A stretch of 64,000 nt of DNA from Eukaryota sp. GEM-RC1 (lineage: Eukaryota). The notes beneath the pieces were generated by a model that was not told where the DNA came from, did not search any database, and saw nothing but the letters and a program-made list of their open reading frames with translations. The stretch is from NCBI GenBank assembly GCA_040285855.1, contig JAUFOQ010000002.1, positions 1,302,001 through 1,366,000 on the forward strand. Direction: 5' to 3'. Positions 39,228 through 54,075 of this stretch are shown piece by piece (the stretch's first letter is position 1; each line of letters begins with the position of its first letter). A program made the position numbers and the translations under genes.

Positions 39228-39926
39228 ATGTCCAATGTCACTTTTCGACAGCGTACCTTTTCCCCTGGTGATAAAGACTTCAAGTTCACTAATTTAGACT
39301 ACCTTGAGGCTCCACGAAAGTCTTCCAGTTCTTTTTTCTCTCTACCTACTGAAGGATCCTTTGATGAAGAATTCGAATCCATACCGGAAACCTCTCTGCT
39401 GAATCCAGTTATTGATCCTGTTCCTTTACACGAAGAACTTGGATTGTCCTTTCATCTCATATGGTCATATATGATTGATTTTTTAAATCCATCCAAGTCT
39501 GTTTCCTTGCAGTCACCTGATGTCTTTGGTCCCTGTCTGATAGTCTTTGTCACGGCTTTAATCTCTGGAATGGTTCAGAAGTCAGTATCTCCATTTGGAC
39601 TTTTCTACAGTATTACTTTGTTTGCTACTCTTTTTCTGTCGGCCTTATTCACTCTTATGTCGAATACTCCACTCAAACCATCAGCTGCTCTTCTTTCTTT
39701 TGGTTTGTCACTACTTCCAAACTGTTTTGTTTTTGTGTTATACCCACTGTTTCCATCTGCTTATTTGTACATATTCTCCTTATTACTCATAGCTTCTAGT
39801 ATATACGGAGCTGTGAAATCGTCCCTTTCCATAGCTCGTTGTTGTAACTTGAGTAGTGACATACCACTTGTTCTCGTTCCTTGTATTTTGTTGAATATCA
39901 CAGTTTCTTTCAAAATGATAATATAA
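39228..39926 (+). CDS. Yip1-domain membrane protein (YIPF5/7-like)
   Basis: PLHEELGLSFHLI and PDVFGP motifs followed by about five hydrophobic helices. Confidence 0.75.
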   Translation: MSNVTFRQRTFSPGDKDFKFTNLDYLEAPRKSSSSFFSLPTEGSFDEEFESIPETSLLNPVIDPVPLHEELGLSFHLIWSYMIDFLNPSKSVSLQSPDVFGPCLIVFVTALISGMVQKSVSPFGLFYSITLFATLFLSALFTLMSNTPLKPSAALLSFGLSLLPNCFVFVLYPLFPSAYLYIFSLLLIASSIYGAVKSSLSIARCCNLSSDIPLVLVPCILLNITVSFKMII

Positions 39927-40029
39927 TCTAGATATCATGAATGTCTCCTAATACTAACACAACAAGAAGCTTTCAAATAATATTAACGCAAAATATTCTA
40001 CCAATAAACAATATACAAATAAAAACACA

Positions 40030-40706
40030 CTACAACAGAACGCAAGATCCTGAATTTTGACTCTGATTGTGAGTACCATCAATAAGACCCAAAACAACAT
40101 CAAAGAGATGGTTGATATCAGCTTCGTCGTAGGCATAGGTCTCAACAAAGGTTTTTGCAATGTTGTTCCACGATTGAATCATTTCTTGACATTGATCCAA
40201 ATTTATGGTAACAGTTGTATCACGTTTATTGCCGACAAGAACAACAGGAATACTCTGAAAAGCCAGAGCACTAAGGTGATTTTGCAGATTTCGGTAAATA
40301 TGACCTAAAGTTAGAACGCAAGAAAGGAGCAACCATACCAACAATGTCCAGAGAAGATTGAGAATTTTGAGCAAATACAAAGAGAACTGCCTCAATGGAA
40401 CAGTCGATATCATCACTGAGAACTGAAAAACTATCAAGGCCTGAGATGAACATGACTTGATAAACAAACCAGCGGCATCACGCAATCTGATAGTATACTG
40501 TTTGTTGTTGTAGGTGTAGACCTGTTCCACGACATTATCCATGGAAGGATAATATTCCCTGAGAGGAGTCTTTGTTTTCAACATGTGTGCGATGGCAGTC
40601 TTGGGTTAATGATGCCAAAAAATGTACATGCTTTACCAACACCGCGATCCCCCACCATAAGGATGGTTCTGACTCTATTTGAATCTGTAGAAGAGGTGAT
40701 AGTCAT
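40030..40706 (-). CDS. Ras-family small GTPase (Rheb-like), three introns
   Basis: GDRGVGKT, YYPSMDN, DAAG, VLVGNKRD and CaaX CVLL. Introns at 40600-40631 (GC-AG), 40441-40469 and 40305-40338. Confidence 0.85.
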
Positions 40707-40775
40707 TGTTGAAGTCTATAAGTAAGTGTTAAGTTGAGAAAAAACTTGCCCTTCTCTTTGTCTCGGTCATTCTAA

Positions 40776-43700
40776 ATGTCCCTTCTTGAGTTTGATAATG
40801 CTCTTCATCAGTTTAACTCTCTAAAGGCTCAGGACCCGCGTTTTGTAAAGTTTTCACATACTGTTTTTTCTGAAAATGGTCGAGAACTTGATCCCAATGT
40901 ACTGCCTCCAAAGGACTATGAGACTGTTGTTGGTGTCATCCTTGAACTCTTGTCTGCACTAACACCCTATTTTCATCTCCCTCAGGGCATTGAAATTGTT
41001 CGTTTTCTTATCAGACGTTATGAAATCACCAAGAAGCCTCATCTTGTGACCGCGCTAATCACCATGGCACTCCCTTACTTCGAAACCCAACTCTTCGCCA
41101 GTCTGATTGCCACATCTAACCTTGAAGACACCGTCTACTCCTTCCTCTCCGTTCCCTTCAACAAAGAGTCATCCCCTCCTCTCCGTGACTTCCTCTACAA
41201 ACACGCCAGTCGCTCTCTTCCTTTATTCAAACAAATGATGACGATCATCCACCCTGACCGAGATCCCTGTCGTGCTGCCCTCTCCTTCGCCATCGTAACT
41301 GCTGATAACGTCATCAAACTAGCCAAGGACGATGGCTTGGCTGAGATCACTCCTCTCCTACTTGAATGTCTTCGTAACAAGAACAAACCAGAATGCCAAG
41401 CTGCCTCCTGTGCCATCATCCTCTCAGGATTGGCTAATGTCAGTCCCAGTGTGGATTCTACTGCCCAGGACTATTGGTCAAAGGTTATTACTGCTGTTTT
41501 GAAACATTCAACACCCTTTACCGCCGAACTCAATGCAAAGATTTTAGTAATTGCAGCACAGAAGAAGCATATCTTAACACTGGGGAATAGAAATGTTCAG
41601 AGAATAGCAGAGTCTAAGTTAATTATTAGAACGTTGTTTAAACTGGCAAAAGATGTTGATGTGTCAGAATTATTCAAAATTTTAATTCCTCAATTTTTCA
41701 AAAGAAGTCACATCCCACTTTTTGAAGATCTTGTCAAAAAGTCTATTACTGAACTCGAAAGCTATCATTTAGAGACTGTAATCCCAGAACTTGCCGCTTA
41801 CCAAGCCTCTGCCAATCAAATCGTAAATCCCACTCATCACGTCACCGATGACGAGAATGCAGATCCCAATCTGGCAATCACTCATGAGGTTATTGACCGG
41901 TTTTCTACTATTTTAGCTGATTATGTTGAATCAGGAAACTATAGCGATGTGATTGAATTCCTTACTGAGCTCAATTCATCTACCTCTCTCCACTCATCCA
42001 CTTCAATCACAATGTCGTGTCTCTATAAGCTCTGCTTTCAATGTGAGAATCCCTTTCTATTCCTCTTGTCTTTCTCTTTTAGAATATTCAAGAGATTGTC
42101 TGGACACAAACAACATTCTGCTATTGATTTGATGCTGTTAACTTGTTTTATTAATGTATTCTCGATGGCAATCGGAAATCTGTCCAAAATCTTCAATTTT
42201 GATCTATTTGTTCCCATTGTTTTTCTAACACGTGTCGTAGTTCAAGTCCCTCACATTCATCACTTATGTTCTGAACTCATGGCCTTGATCTCGACTTCAA
42301 ACAACTCTCAAATCTCTCCTGAACAAGATCTTACTCCAGATATAGTTCTAGCTCAATTAGGTCTATGGAAGAAGTTTGTTCCAGGATTAGCTCCTAGTTT
42401 TTGTTCACTGGTTGTCTGTGCGATGATTACAACAATTGAATTACATCAGCCCTATCGTAAGTTCTCAGCTCCTGCTGCTAATGATGTTTTAGCATTGTTT
42501 AGTGAGTCAACTTCACTAGATTTTGTTAAGATTGTGGCTTCTGAATGGTTTTTAAAGTCATTTGAGAAGGATACGTCGTATTTTGTCAATTCTTTTATTC
42601 GAAGTATTCTCCAAAAGCCATTCATTCCATCAGATTTGATTGCTGACGTCATGGGATTCCTATTCGCTCAATACTCTCAAGAAACTTTTACTAATCTTCA
42701 GGAATTGGTAAGTGAAAATCTCACAGCTATTGGTGAAGATTCTTCTGTTGAGTCGTTAGCCTTTGGAGAGCTTTCCTTCGCAATCAAACTCCTATCATTT
42801 ATCACGTCATCAAAGCCAGAACTTCTTGCTCCTTTCTGGAGTGAAACTTCTGCTCTTTTGTTTAATGTAATCAGAGCTTTGTTGAAGGTCGGTCATCCCG
42901 TGGCTGATTTGATTGTTGCCTCTTGCCTGTCTCTGCTACCTTCCGCTTGTGAAACTGTCCCAGTCAGTTCTAATGATCTCAATTGCGTCATTTCATGCTG
43001 TGCCGATTCATCAATGATTGTCTCCTCAAATGCTCTCGATGCTTTAACCGGTTTAGGGACGTTTGGATCTTCAGAAGCTCTCGATGGTCTCTCACAAGCA
43101 CTGGCACAGTTTACTTCTGATGCACCAGTTTCAAATATTAAAAAATTGTGTCGTCGTGCAATTAGAATTTTGGTAGATAGTCGGAAGGTTACTCATGAGC
43201 AAGCATTCACTCAAATCGTTGACATTGCAGTCAACTTTCCCACAGCTGTACAGTGTTCTTTCTATTACGAATTAGTTGAAGGATTTGGGTCAGCATTACC
43301 ATTAGTCTATATCTTTTTCTACTTGTACAATCGATCAAGTACTGGACCCGAAGCGAAAGACGAGGAGAAGCTTTACACTGTCGTTTATGACGTTTTAGAC
43401 ACGTGTACCAACGCTATCAAATTGAACTTCATTTATCACTCACTTGTTTTCATGGACCCTAATGTTGATCTTGGCTTTGCTGATTACTCAAATGATAACT
43501 TCAGGTCTGCTTGCAAAGCTCTAGCCCAAGGAGTGTTGACTCTTACTAGGAGTTGTACTATCACTAATGATTGTAGAGAGATCTTTAGACAGGCTGTTAC
43601 TGTGTTAGTTCTCTATTCTGAAAGGAAGAAGTGGCAGTTTGTGGTAAAAACACTGTAGGGAATTAGCTTTTATTGTATCTTCGTCGCTTTTGTTTTCTGA

Positions 43701-45306
43701 ATTTGTTGACTACGTACTTCCAATCATTCAACATGAAAGTATTCCTGTCAAGAGACTAACGATCTCCATCGCAACTGATCATTTTGACTCTCTTTCTGCT
43801 GAATTAATTGATTCTGACAAGATATTCCAACTCTTAGATTGTATCGGGCATCTTATTGATGGCTCTGCAGTTGATGCTGATCATTTACCTTTGATTCAAA
43901 GTTGTGCTCTGTTTATTCAGTCGTATGAAGGCAAGTTTCCTCAATCAAATATGCCTATTCTGACCAAAATATTTAAATTTGTAGTTTCGATTGATTTTTC
44001 ACTAGTTCCCATCGATTTTTTTGATTGTTTTGCTGCTTTAATTGCTAGTCTTGTCCACTCACTCAAGGTCAAGGCACTTTCCTCCATGCGAAAGATCTTT
44101 GCTTTTATTGAACTCTACTTTACCAAGAAATCGTCGCCCAATCATTGTAGTTCTGCTCTACTTTTGATTACTACTATTTTAGATGTCGTGCCCAGATTGT
44201 TGTCAGCTGATCATATTGCCACAATCATCACACTACTTTCCTCTTTTGAAATAACTGATCTCAATCAATCAATCACTGATTTGATTGAAGCTGTACTCAA
44301 TCGAATGGCAGTCAATTGTCAACAGCATTTGATTTTATCACTTGTCTCTAGTAGTGCTTCAAGGTGCAAATCCATCTTCTTCCCTGCTCAATTACTCTCA
44401 AAACTTGCCAATGTCCTTGAAGAAGATGAACTGCGTTCTAAATTAGACACAATCACTGAAGCCATTCATCAATGTTTTGATTTCTTCCGTGTTAATCGGA
44501 ATTGTGATGCCGCTGATATTAGAACGGTCTCATCTGCTCTGATCAACCTTTGGCTGAGATTAAATGAACAAGATCTCCATTCTCTATGGACTTCTTTCAT
44601 TTCCTGGTGTTCTGAACCAGCTGCAGTCCTAGTACCTTCCACTTCCGTCAAGGCTTTTGGTATCACGTCAACAGCTGACCCTAATGTAGACCTGAATAGA
44701 TGGATTGCATTGGTTAATACTGCGAGGCTATTGGTTACCTCCTTGGACATTATAGCTGATCCTTTTATGAAGGCTCTTCAAGATCAGTTTGTTAGTTCAA
44801 TTTTGTTGGTTTTAGAAGTCGAAAAGTATCCGGATTCTCTTGAAAAATTTGGAGTTTTGGCAGAAGAATTGTTCATTACCATGAGTCATTGGCTTGATAC
44901 CACGGATAGACCTTTACCAGAAGCTTTATTTGAAAAGCTTGCCCCTGCTCTATGTCAGGCATTATTGTTAGTTCAAAAGTCAGCTTTTGGAGAGGAATTC
45001 GTGTCATCAATGGTGATTCCTTGTATTGTTTCTCTTATGGCTGCTACTAAGAATGAGGATATGTGGATTAATGTAAACAATAAGTTGCTGGTTTTGCTGA
45101 GATCTTCGACAGAGTTACAGAATATTGCTATTTCCACTTTAATTGAAATTTACGAGCGATTAAAGGAGGAAGCATTAGTGTTGTTACCTTATTCATTGAA
45201 TTATTTCAGTGAAATTAGTGAGCAATCTCTTGATGGTCCCATTCATAAGTTGTTAAAGATCATTGAACGACTTAGTGGTCAAAGCTTAGATGAATTACTA
45301 CAGTAA
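40776..45306 (+). CDS. HEATR1: HEATR1/Utp10 (BAP28) nucleolar HEAT protein
   Basis: N-terminal LTPYFHL...FLIRRYEI...LPYFETQLF and C-terminal LKEEALVLLPYSLNYFSEISE. Two ORFs joined by a +1 shift at about 43646-43656. Confidence 0.8.
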
Positions 45307-45552
45307 TTGTCCTTTTTAGTCTTCTAGCCTTTTGTTTAGTTCATTAAACTTTAGTTTTTCTTCATTGATTGTTTGTTTTCTTACTGTGAATGGGTTTTCT
45401 TTTACTAGTAATCGAAACAGTTTACTAGGTTCTATTTGAACAGTATTGTTGAATTGTTTTCCAACCAAGGTCATCAAACATATTTGAGCGTATAATGATT
45501 CCAAAAAATAATTTATAAACATCGGACTAACAAACACTAACACAAAACTACA

Positions 45553-47265
45553 CTATTGCTCAACATTTCCACTACGATCAAAGAAAGTAGTATGTAGAAC
45601 ATGATGAGCCTTCTCTGACAAGGGAGCGTCAAAGTAAGAGGAATAAAGCCTCTGAATAGATGGATTCTCATCGCAAACACGTAACGAACACTTCCTATCA
45701 GCACTATAAACAGACTGAATTCTCTTTTTAACAATATTTGGATCGTCGCTTTTAACAGAACCCCCACCTAGAATAAGTAAATAAAGAAAATCAAACCATT
45801 AATACAACCTCCACCACAAGACATCACTTCAATAAAATCGAACTTATCAGCGAGGTTAGGTTCCTGTAACAACTTCTTGGCGTGTCTTATTCCAGAACAA
45901 ACACCCACCTTGATCTCTCTTAACACTCCATCCACCTCCAGTTCAATCGTGGCATGTCTCAACCCACCTTCTCCTCTCACGCCAGCAAACTCCACAACTC
46001 CAAGTCTATTGTCAGTTAGTTTCTTAGAAACCAGACGGAGAGCAGACTCTAGAACACCTCCAGTAACAGAGAAGATCACACCACCGCCAGTTGATTCACC
46101 CATAGGATCATCAAAAGAGGAAGGTTCCAACTCATCAAAAGAGATTGATTGTTGTTCCATCATCTCAAACATTTCCCTTACAGTTAACACATAATCCATA
46201 CCAGGATCCCGCTCCTTAGTAAACGACTTCTTAGCTGAACATGGCATTATAGCAACAGACACTATATCCTTTGGATCCCTTCCAATGGCGTCAGTCATCC
46301 AAGTTTTTAAAACTCCTCCCAGCATGCCCATGGGGGATTTTTGCACTGGACAAATTGGGTATGAACTCAGGTTTGTGTTGTTCAACATAGTTTACCCACG
46401 CAGGACAACAAGAAGTGAATTGAGGCATTGCTACCTCTTCCCCAGACCATTTCTTGGAAAGTCTTTCAATCAGTTCGTGACCTTCCTCCATGATGGTCAG
46501 ATCAGCAGCAAACTGAGTATCATACACGTAATCAAAGCCCAATCGTCTGAGCAACGTCACCATCTTTCCTTCAGTTTCAGCGGAAGGTGGCACTCCAAAG
46601 GGCTCACCCATTTGAGTTCTGACTGTAGGGGCAGTTTGGACACAGACAACCTTAGAGGGGTCCTTCATGGCAGCCATCACGTCATCAATGTGGGAGAATT
46701 CCGAGATGGAAGAGGTTGGGCATACAACCGAGCAGGCACCACATCCGATACAACCAGAGACCTCCAGTGAGCATCCTGATTGAGTAATGATAGGCTTGAG
46801 GGTCCCTTTAGTTTTGTCATGCTTTAGAATATTCATGTCTTGAACATTGGAGCAAGCTCTGGTGCAACGACTGCATTCAATGCAAGAAGAAGGGTCGATT
46901 TTGATGCAGATGGTGGAGTCTTGAATAGAGATGGGATCTTCAGTAGAGGAGGTACGGGTGACTCTCTTTTTCTCCAGGCGCTCCAAAGCTTTTTGTTGAG
47001 CTGTTTTAACTTTGGGTGCTTGAGTGTCAACCACCATCCCAGATGAGAAAGCTGTTTTACAAGCGAGGCCGTTTTTGGGCTTGGCGTTTTCATCTACTTG
47101 AATTTGGACCATGCAAACACCGCAACTACCGACAAATTTAGTAGCAGGATGCCAGCAACGGCGGGGGATGTCTACACCACAATCGAAAGCGACATCAATA
47201 AGAGGTTGTCCTTCCACAGAGTCGGGAAGGTCATGAACAGTTCCATTAAGAGTAAGTTGTACCAT
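45553..47265 (-). CDS. hydA: [FeFe]-hydrogenase with N-terminal 2Fe-2S and 2[4Fe-4S] domains
   Basis: H-cluster motifs TSCCPAW, MPCSAKK and EVMSCGGGCINGGG; CxxCxxCxxxC ferredoxin motifs; ADLTIMEEG. Intron at 45768-45796 and homopolymer indel at about 46338. Confidence 0.93.
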
Positions 47266-47443
47266 AAGAAATATAAGAAAATATAGAAAGACTGACAAAA
47301 AGTGATGTCAACACCAATTCGAAGGTCAAAAAAGGGAGAAATACAAAGACCGTCCAACTGAAACCCGCAAAGAAAATACAGAAGTTTATGTGAAGATGAG
47401 TACAACTACAGATATAACATGAACATGTTGGTTACATAAAAAC

Positions 47444-47768
47444 TTATTCAGAGACTTTGAGTTGTTCCAATTCCCTAAGTAGGTCATCGTTTTGCTTCTT
47501 GAGAGATTCGTTTTCGGTTTTAAGTGATTCTAATTCAGGAGAAGTGGTAGAAGTTGAAGGACCGGATGAAGAACTAGAAGAATCAAGATATTGTCTGAGA
47601 TATTCGAGACCATTAACAGGACGGTCAGCTTCTTCATAAAGAGCGACCAAAGCTTTGGTCAGGTGTTCAATGATGCCTGTCTTTTCCAAGTACTTACGGA
47701 ATTCTTCTTTCTTGGCGTCAGGAGTCTACTATGAATGAGAAGGCCTAACATACGGTATAGCTGCTCAT
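47444..47768 (-). CDS. MYCBP: c-Myc binding protein (AMY-1)
   Basis: DAKKEEFRKYLEKTGIIEHLTKALVALYEE, with a 28-nt intron at 47726-47753. Confidence 0.85.
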
Positions 47769-48339
47769 TGAAAAGACTCTGTGAAGGAAATTACTGTCAA
47801 AAATTTTTGCTTTCAGAAGTAGATAATTCGGTTACGTTTTCCATTTGTCTTAATAAGCATTGTTGTGACTCTTAATTTGTGATCAGAAAATGAACTGACA
47901 GTTAGTGTTTGAATGAGACTCAAACATATATGTATTTCAACAGTGGATTCAGAGAATGTGGTTAGCTACGGATTCACGTAGTATACAATGACTATGAATA
48001 TGACAAATAACTGGGGCTAACTCCTAGACCCCAGTCCAAATGATGCTCCACAAGTCATCGAAAGTGTAAGCAATCATATGATTGTCATTAATTATTTTTT
48101 AAACATAAATTATTAAACGAGAAGAGTTTATTTGCAACAATAGATTTATACATACTAATTCAGAAAATGAAGAAGAGATTAAACGAGAATGTTCTTTATT
48201 CAAATGGTGGCCTTTCTACAAAAGTTTGAATATACAAAAACAAACCACATTTTGATTAATGTTTTTTTGATTACTGGTATCTAGATGATTACTTTATATT
48301 CGAACAACACACGTACTGATACATGTAAACACTAACCGC

Positions 48340-50260
48340 TCTAATAATTGATGTCCATATTTCCTATTTGGAAATTCTTACCTTCCTTATCTTCATACTG
48401 TCTGCCAAGAGATGATAGAGCATTGGAAACAGAAGTCATCATATATTTGAAAATAGAGAATAGAATTCTATTTATCCAAAACCTAAGGTCAAAAATCCTA
48501 GATGTTATTTCTTTTAACATTAAGTATTACCAAGTTCTCAAGTAATGGTACATCAGATTTACCTAGATAATCGTAGAACGATACCATACACTTGTGTAAT
48601 TTGATTAATTAATGCCACATCAGAACTCTCCTTTAAATCAATTAAAAAATTAGCGAAAGCTGGATTCTTTTCCTTAACCGAGCTAAGACGAACTGTAAAA
48701 TCTAAACTTTCAAAAAATCGTCATCTTGATATCACGAGCTATGATTAACGGTAGAATGTATGATGATGGTAACTGTTAAAATCTCACATCGGATCATCCT
48801 GTTCAAAACAGTAATAATTAATTTTAGTCTGTCAAAAGTACAGTAACGGTACATGTACCGTACGCCTAAATCGCCATGGTACAGAACATTTGCGTTCCAA
48901 TGTTTCAAAGTCATGAAGTTTCGAGCAATTTTTTTTAGTTCTATTTACATTTATTCGAAAATAAAAAAAGATGATCTAATACTCAATGTCATCAAAACAA
49001 GATTCCTTCGAATCGAACCTTGTTGAAGCTTTGTCTTCATAAAACACACTTAGGGATAACAAAGCTTTTGAAATCATTGTGGGAACTGCCTTTAGAATCG
49101 TAAAGACAATTCGGTTCTGCCAAAAGAACGATCAATTATTTTGTTAGTTCTACGAGCTACAACCTTTGCAAATTCATCAAGGAACTTCAAGGCCAATTTG
49201 CCTAATCTACCATACTAGTATATGGAAATCGCAAATGGAACAAGTGAATAATCAACATGGACAATGTGTTTCAGGTCTTTCAAAGGATCAGTATACTTTC
49301 TTTGTTTGTTATTTTCAGCAATGTCTAAAGGAGAGATTTCCTTTGTAACAAACTTGTTACAACTTTTTTGTAAACATCCACTGAAACAACATCGATAACT
49401 GTCAGAGATTCAGAAGATGAAGGTATAATCAAGTCAGCACGTCTTTGCCCATAAGAATTTTCTTTTTTGGAATGTTGATTGATGTCAAGAGATCTCAGCA
49501 AAGGTTCAATAAAGGATTCAATTTTGTAAGATTTGCACATGGCATGTAGCTGATCGCGTACAGGGTCATGGATAGCAGATCGATAAGTTATGTAATGCGA
49601 ACATGAAAATGTATGAGATAACTTTACCAATTGTCCACATTTGCAGTAACAATCATTGGATAGATTATGAGGCCATAAAAAGCATTTTAAACGCATTGTA
49701 GTGGTCCACTGATGATCATCTAGTAACATTGCGGAATTTGATTGAGGAAAGCTGATGCAGAGCTATCCTGTAAATCTAACAGAAAATTGGCGAAAGTAGG
49801 ATTAGATTGTTTAGCCGAGCTAATGCGAACAACAAAATCCAAACTTTCAAAATGTTTCGAAAGATGATGCTGAAGCTTTTTTTAGAGCAAACCTTAAAGA
49901 AACCAAACTTCTTTCTGGGATATCCTGAATTTCTCTCGGAAAACAAGTGGACCAAACTTCTGGACTAAGTGAACTGACTTCTTTACGAAGACTATTCAAA
50001 TAGAAACTGTTTACAGATTCTAGAAGACACAATTTGTCAGGATATCTCTGACTAAATTCAAATATAAAGTTTTTTTCCCTCCATCAATGAAAGCAGCTTT
50101 TGTCCAGTATCGAGAACTTGTAAACCCTATTCCACCTAAATTGACATTAGAAAAAATATGATTTTTCAATAAATTCGGGAAATTACTTTCTAAACAAATC
50201 GACAACTCTCGAGAAATTTTAGGAACATTCAAATTTAGTTGATTATTGTTTATCGACTTC
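48340..50260 (-). mobile_element. Stack of CRE-like retrotransposon relics (family B 48929-50260 with A8 tail; other fragments 48340-48720)
   Basis: LGGIG, CYCKCGQLVKLSHTFSC, HDPVRDQL and RRADLII motifs. 48950-49370 matches 59755-60170. Confidence 0.85.
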
Positions 50261-50284
50261 CTATACATAAAATCTGCATAAGAA

Positions 50285-51626
<1,342 letters not shown>

Positions 51627-51859
51627 GAAGTAAAAAGATAGATAAAGACAACTGGAATTTTTCTTCGAAAGTCTTCTCCAAAATGACGTTAGCTCTAAAT
51701 TGGTAAATTGGAGCTCAAAATTTGCCGGACTTCACCCCTAATCCAAATCTCTCATACGTTTTTTCCAATTATACATCATTCTTGTAAAGTATGGCTCAGT
51801 TCAACATTCCAGTCACTCATACTCTAAAAAATGATCTTAAATTGTAGATTACTGACATT

Positions 51860-52514
51860 AAACTTTATGAATACAGATAAAGTTACTACTGTAGTAGTTG
51901 TTAATTTTGGATTGACTGTTGTAAACAAATAGTTTCATCCAGCTCTGACCTGCCGTCTCACAAATTGAATCGTATTTGCCCACCCATGTACACAGATACC
52001 ACAGGAAGGTATACTTGTTGATAACAAAGCTACTAAAACTCGAGTAACCGAGAGTTTTAACAGAAATTATGAACTGGATTGATTGGGTAAAGATATTTTC
52101 AACAAAAAGTTTATAAAAAGTTATCACACGCCAAATGTTGCACTTAAATAAGGTCAACGATTTTCGACATACTGTACCAACTAAGAAAAAATATAATAGT
52201 ATATCTCATTGGACAGGATTTGTTAGTAAAAAAATGAAAATTAAGCCAAAATAGAAAAACCCACAAAACAACTGAATATGCGGGTTAAGAGCTCCAAACT
52301 ATCCATTTCAAATGTATGGGAAAGAGCTGTTTTGGAAGAAACTATACAGTACAGGTCAATGATAGTACTTAGCAAAAATTTGAATCTGTTGCAGCCAACA
52401 CTGACTGAACTGGAATTCAGTCTGGACTAGATATGTACATAAAATAAATCCCAAAAAAGTAATAGTGCAAAACTATCTGCCTGTTCAACAATCAAACTCA
52501 ACGTCCTCGTTTCT
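51860..52514. repeat. About 650-bp segment duplicated in inverted orientation at 57343-58000
   Basis: Direct sequence match; ORFs 51858-52157 (-) and 57713-57934 (+) are near-identical at their N-termini. Confidence 0.9.
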
Positions 52515-54075
52515 TAACCAGCGATTGAATCAAAATATTTAAATTATTCATCTCCGAATCTCTAATTAAATCATGCTTCAAAATCTTAGTTTTCTTTGGA
52601 GAACCTTTACATAAATCCCTTCGAGATCCCTTTCGTCCCTTCTTTTTAAACTTAGCCCTCTTTAGCTTCAACTCGTCAGTTCCACTGTCAGTATCTGAAT
52701 TGGAGCTTGATGACGAGTAATCTGACCACTGTGAGGAAGTAGCAGAAGTAACCGAAACACAAGACCCATCTCTAGGTAATGATCTGGAATTTTCATCAGT
52801 TGATATACAAATAAAGTCTAATCTAGGCTGAATTACCGAGTTGTAAAGAGAAGAGAACTCAGGATCATTCACAACGTGTTGCTTGGACTCGCAACCAGAG
52901 AGTTCTGAGAACCTAGCAGAGGACGCATTACAACAGGGGGAAGACTGGTCCTTCTGGTAAGGAAGGGTGGTACTTACACTGAAGCAAATGAGAGAGGGAA
53001 AAGAATTGCTTACAACTAGAACATTCAAACACTTGGAGGATCCCCCAAATCTTCCAGTAAATCTGCCTCCACGACAGCTTCTGAGTAGTTTTAAGCTGAT
53101 GTAACCATTGGTTTACATCCCAATTCTGATCAACCTGATGATATAAATGACGTCGTCCTCTAAAGTCGACCTCCCCAGGACATTCTGAACATTGAAAGTC
53201 CTTGAAGCGATCCACTGGGCAGATATGCTGACACAAAACACAACGAACAAGACAAGAATCATTAACAGAGTTATCCACAAGCAGAGACTGTAGCTTCTTA
53301 AGCCACAGCTTTGGTAGTAGCTTCTCCCTTTGTCCACTACCTCATCCAAGGCCTTAACCGAGAACCTTTCTGCTAACCTCGTGACCAAGTCATCAGAGAG
53401 ACAAGAGAGATCAACAGGAAGACGTAGGATGGCAAAGATGTTGGAGGAGAAATAGTCGAGGCATTCACCTACTAGAACTGGCATTTGAAGGAACTCAGCA
53501 GAAATGAGGATAGAAATACAGTTAGTTGGGGTTAATTCAGGACGGGCAGAAGAAGAGTCACAGTGCACGTATTCCATAAGCCAATCAAAGACGGGGATTT
53601 CGCAGTGAACGGAAACCTCAACGTCATCAGATGGAACGTCATCAGCGAAATAATCAGTAAAGTAGCCCATGTGAGCTAGAAGAAGAATGCGATTACAGGA
53701 AACATCCTGAGATAGAGATCTAGCTTCATCATGAACATGTATGATAATAGCGTCTGATCCAGAGAAGTAAGACTTGGTAGGAACTTCAGGACGAGGTGAG
53801 GGTTGGTCTTTTGATTCTGAAAGTGGTGGTTCTGAAGGAAGATTTTGTGGTGATTTTGTTCTATTTGATTTGGGAAGAGATTTAGGTCTTTTACGGGATT
53901 CAGTGAAAGAGGAGCGTGATGTACGAGTAGTAGCTGGGTTTAGTGGTAGAGGAGTTGCAGAAAAGGAACTACGAGGACGAAGATTAGGTACAGAAGGATG
54001 ATGACTAGTAAGAGGACGTTGTCCAGGATTGATTCCTCTAGCAGCAAGTGGAAGTGATGTTTGAAAGAAAGACAT
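52498..54075 (-). CDS. SANBR: SANBR/KIAA1841 (DUF3342, BTB-like) protein
   Basis: IIIHVHDEARSLSQDVSC, MGYFTDY, VSVHCEIPVFDWLMEYV and SILISAEFLQM. Two homopolymer indels at about 53327 and 52936. Confidence 0.8.

Noticed and set aside
43640..43670. Euplotes-style programmed frameshifting at stops, or a reassigned stop codon
   Set aside because: Breaks change frame in both directions at homopolymers, and TAA, TAG and TGA all end conserved genes. Only the TrxR TGA has SECIS support.
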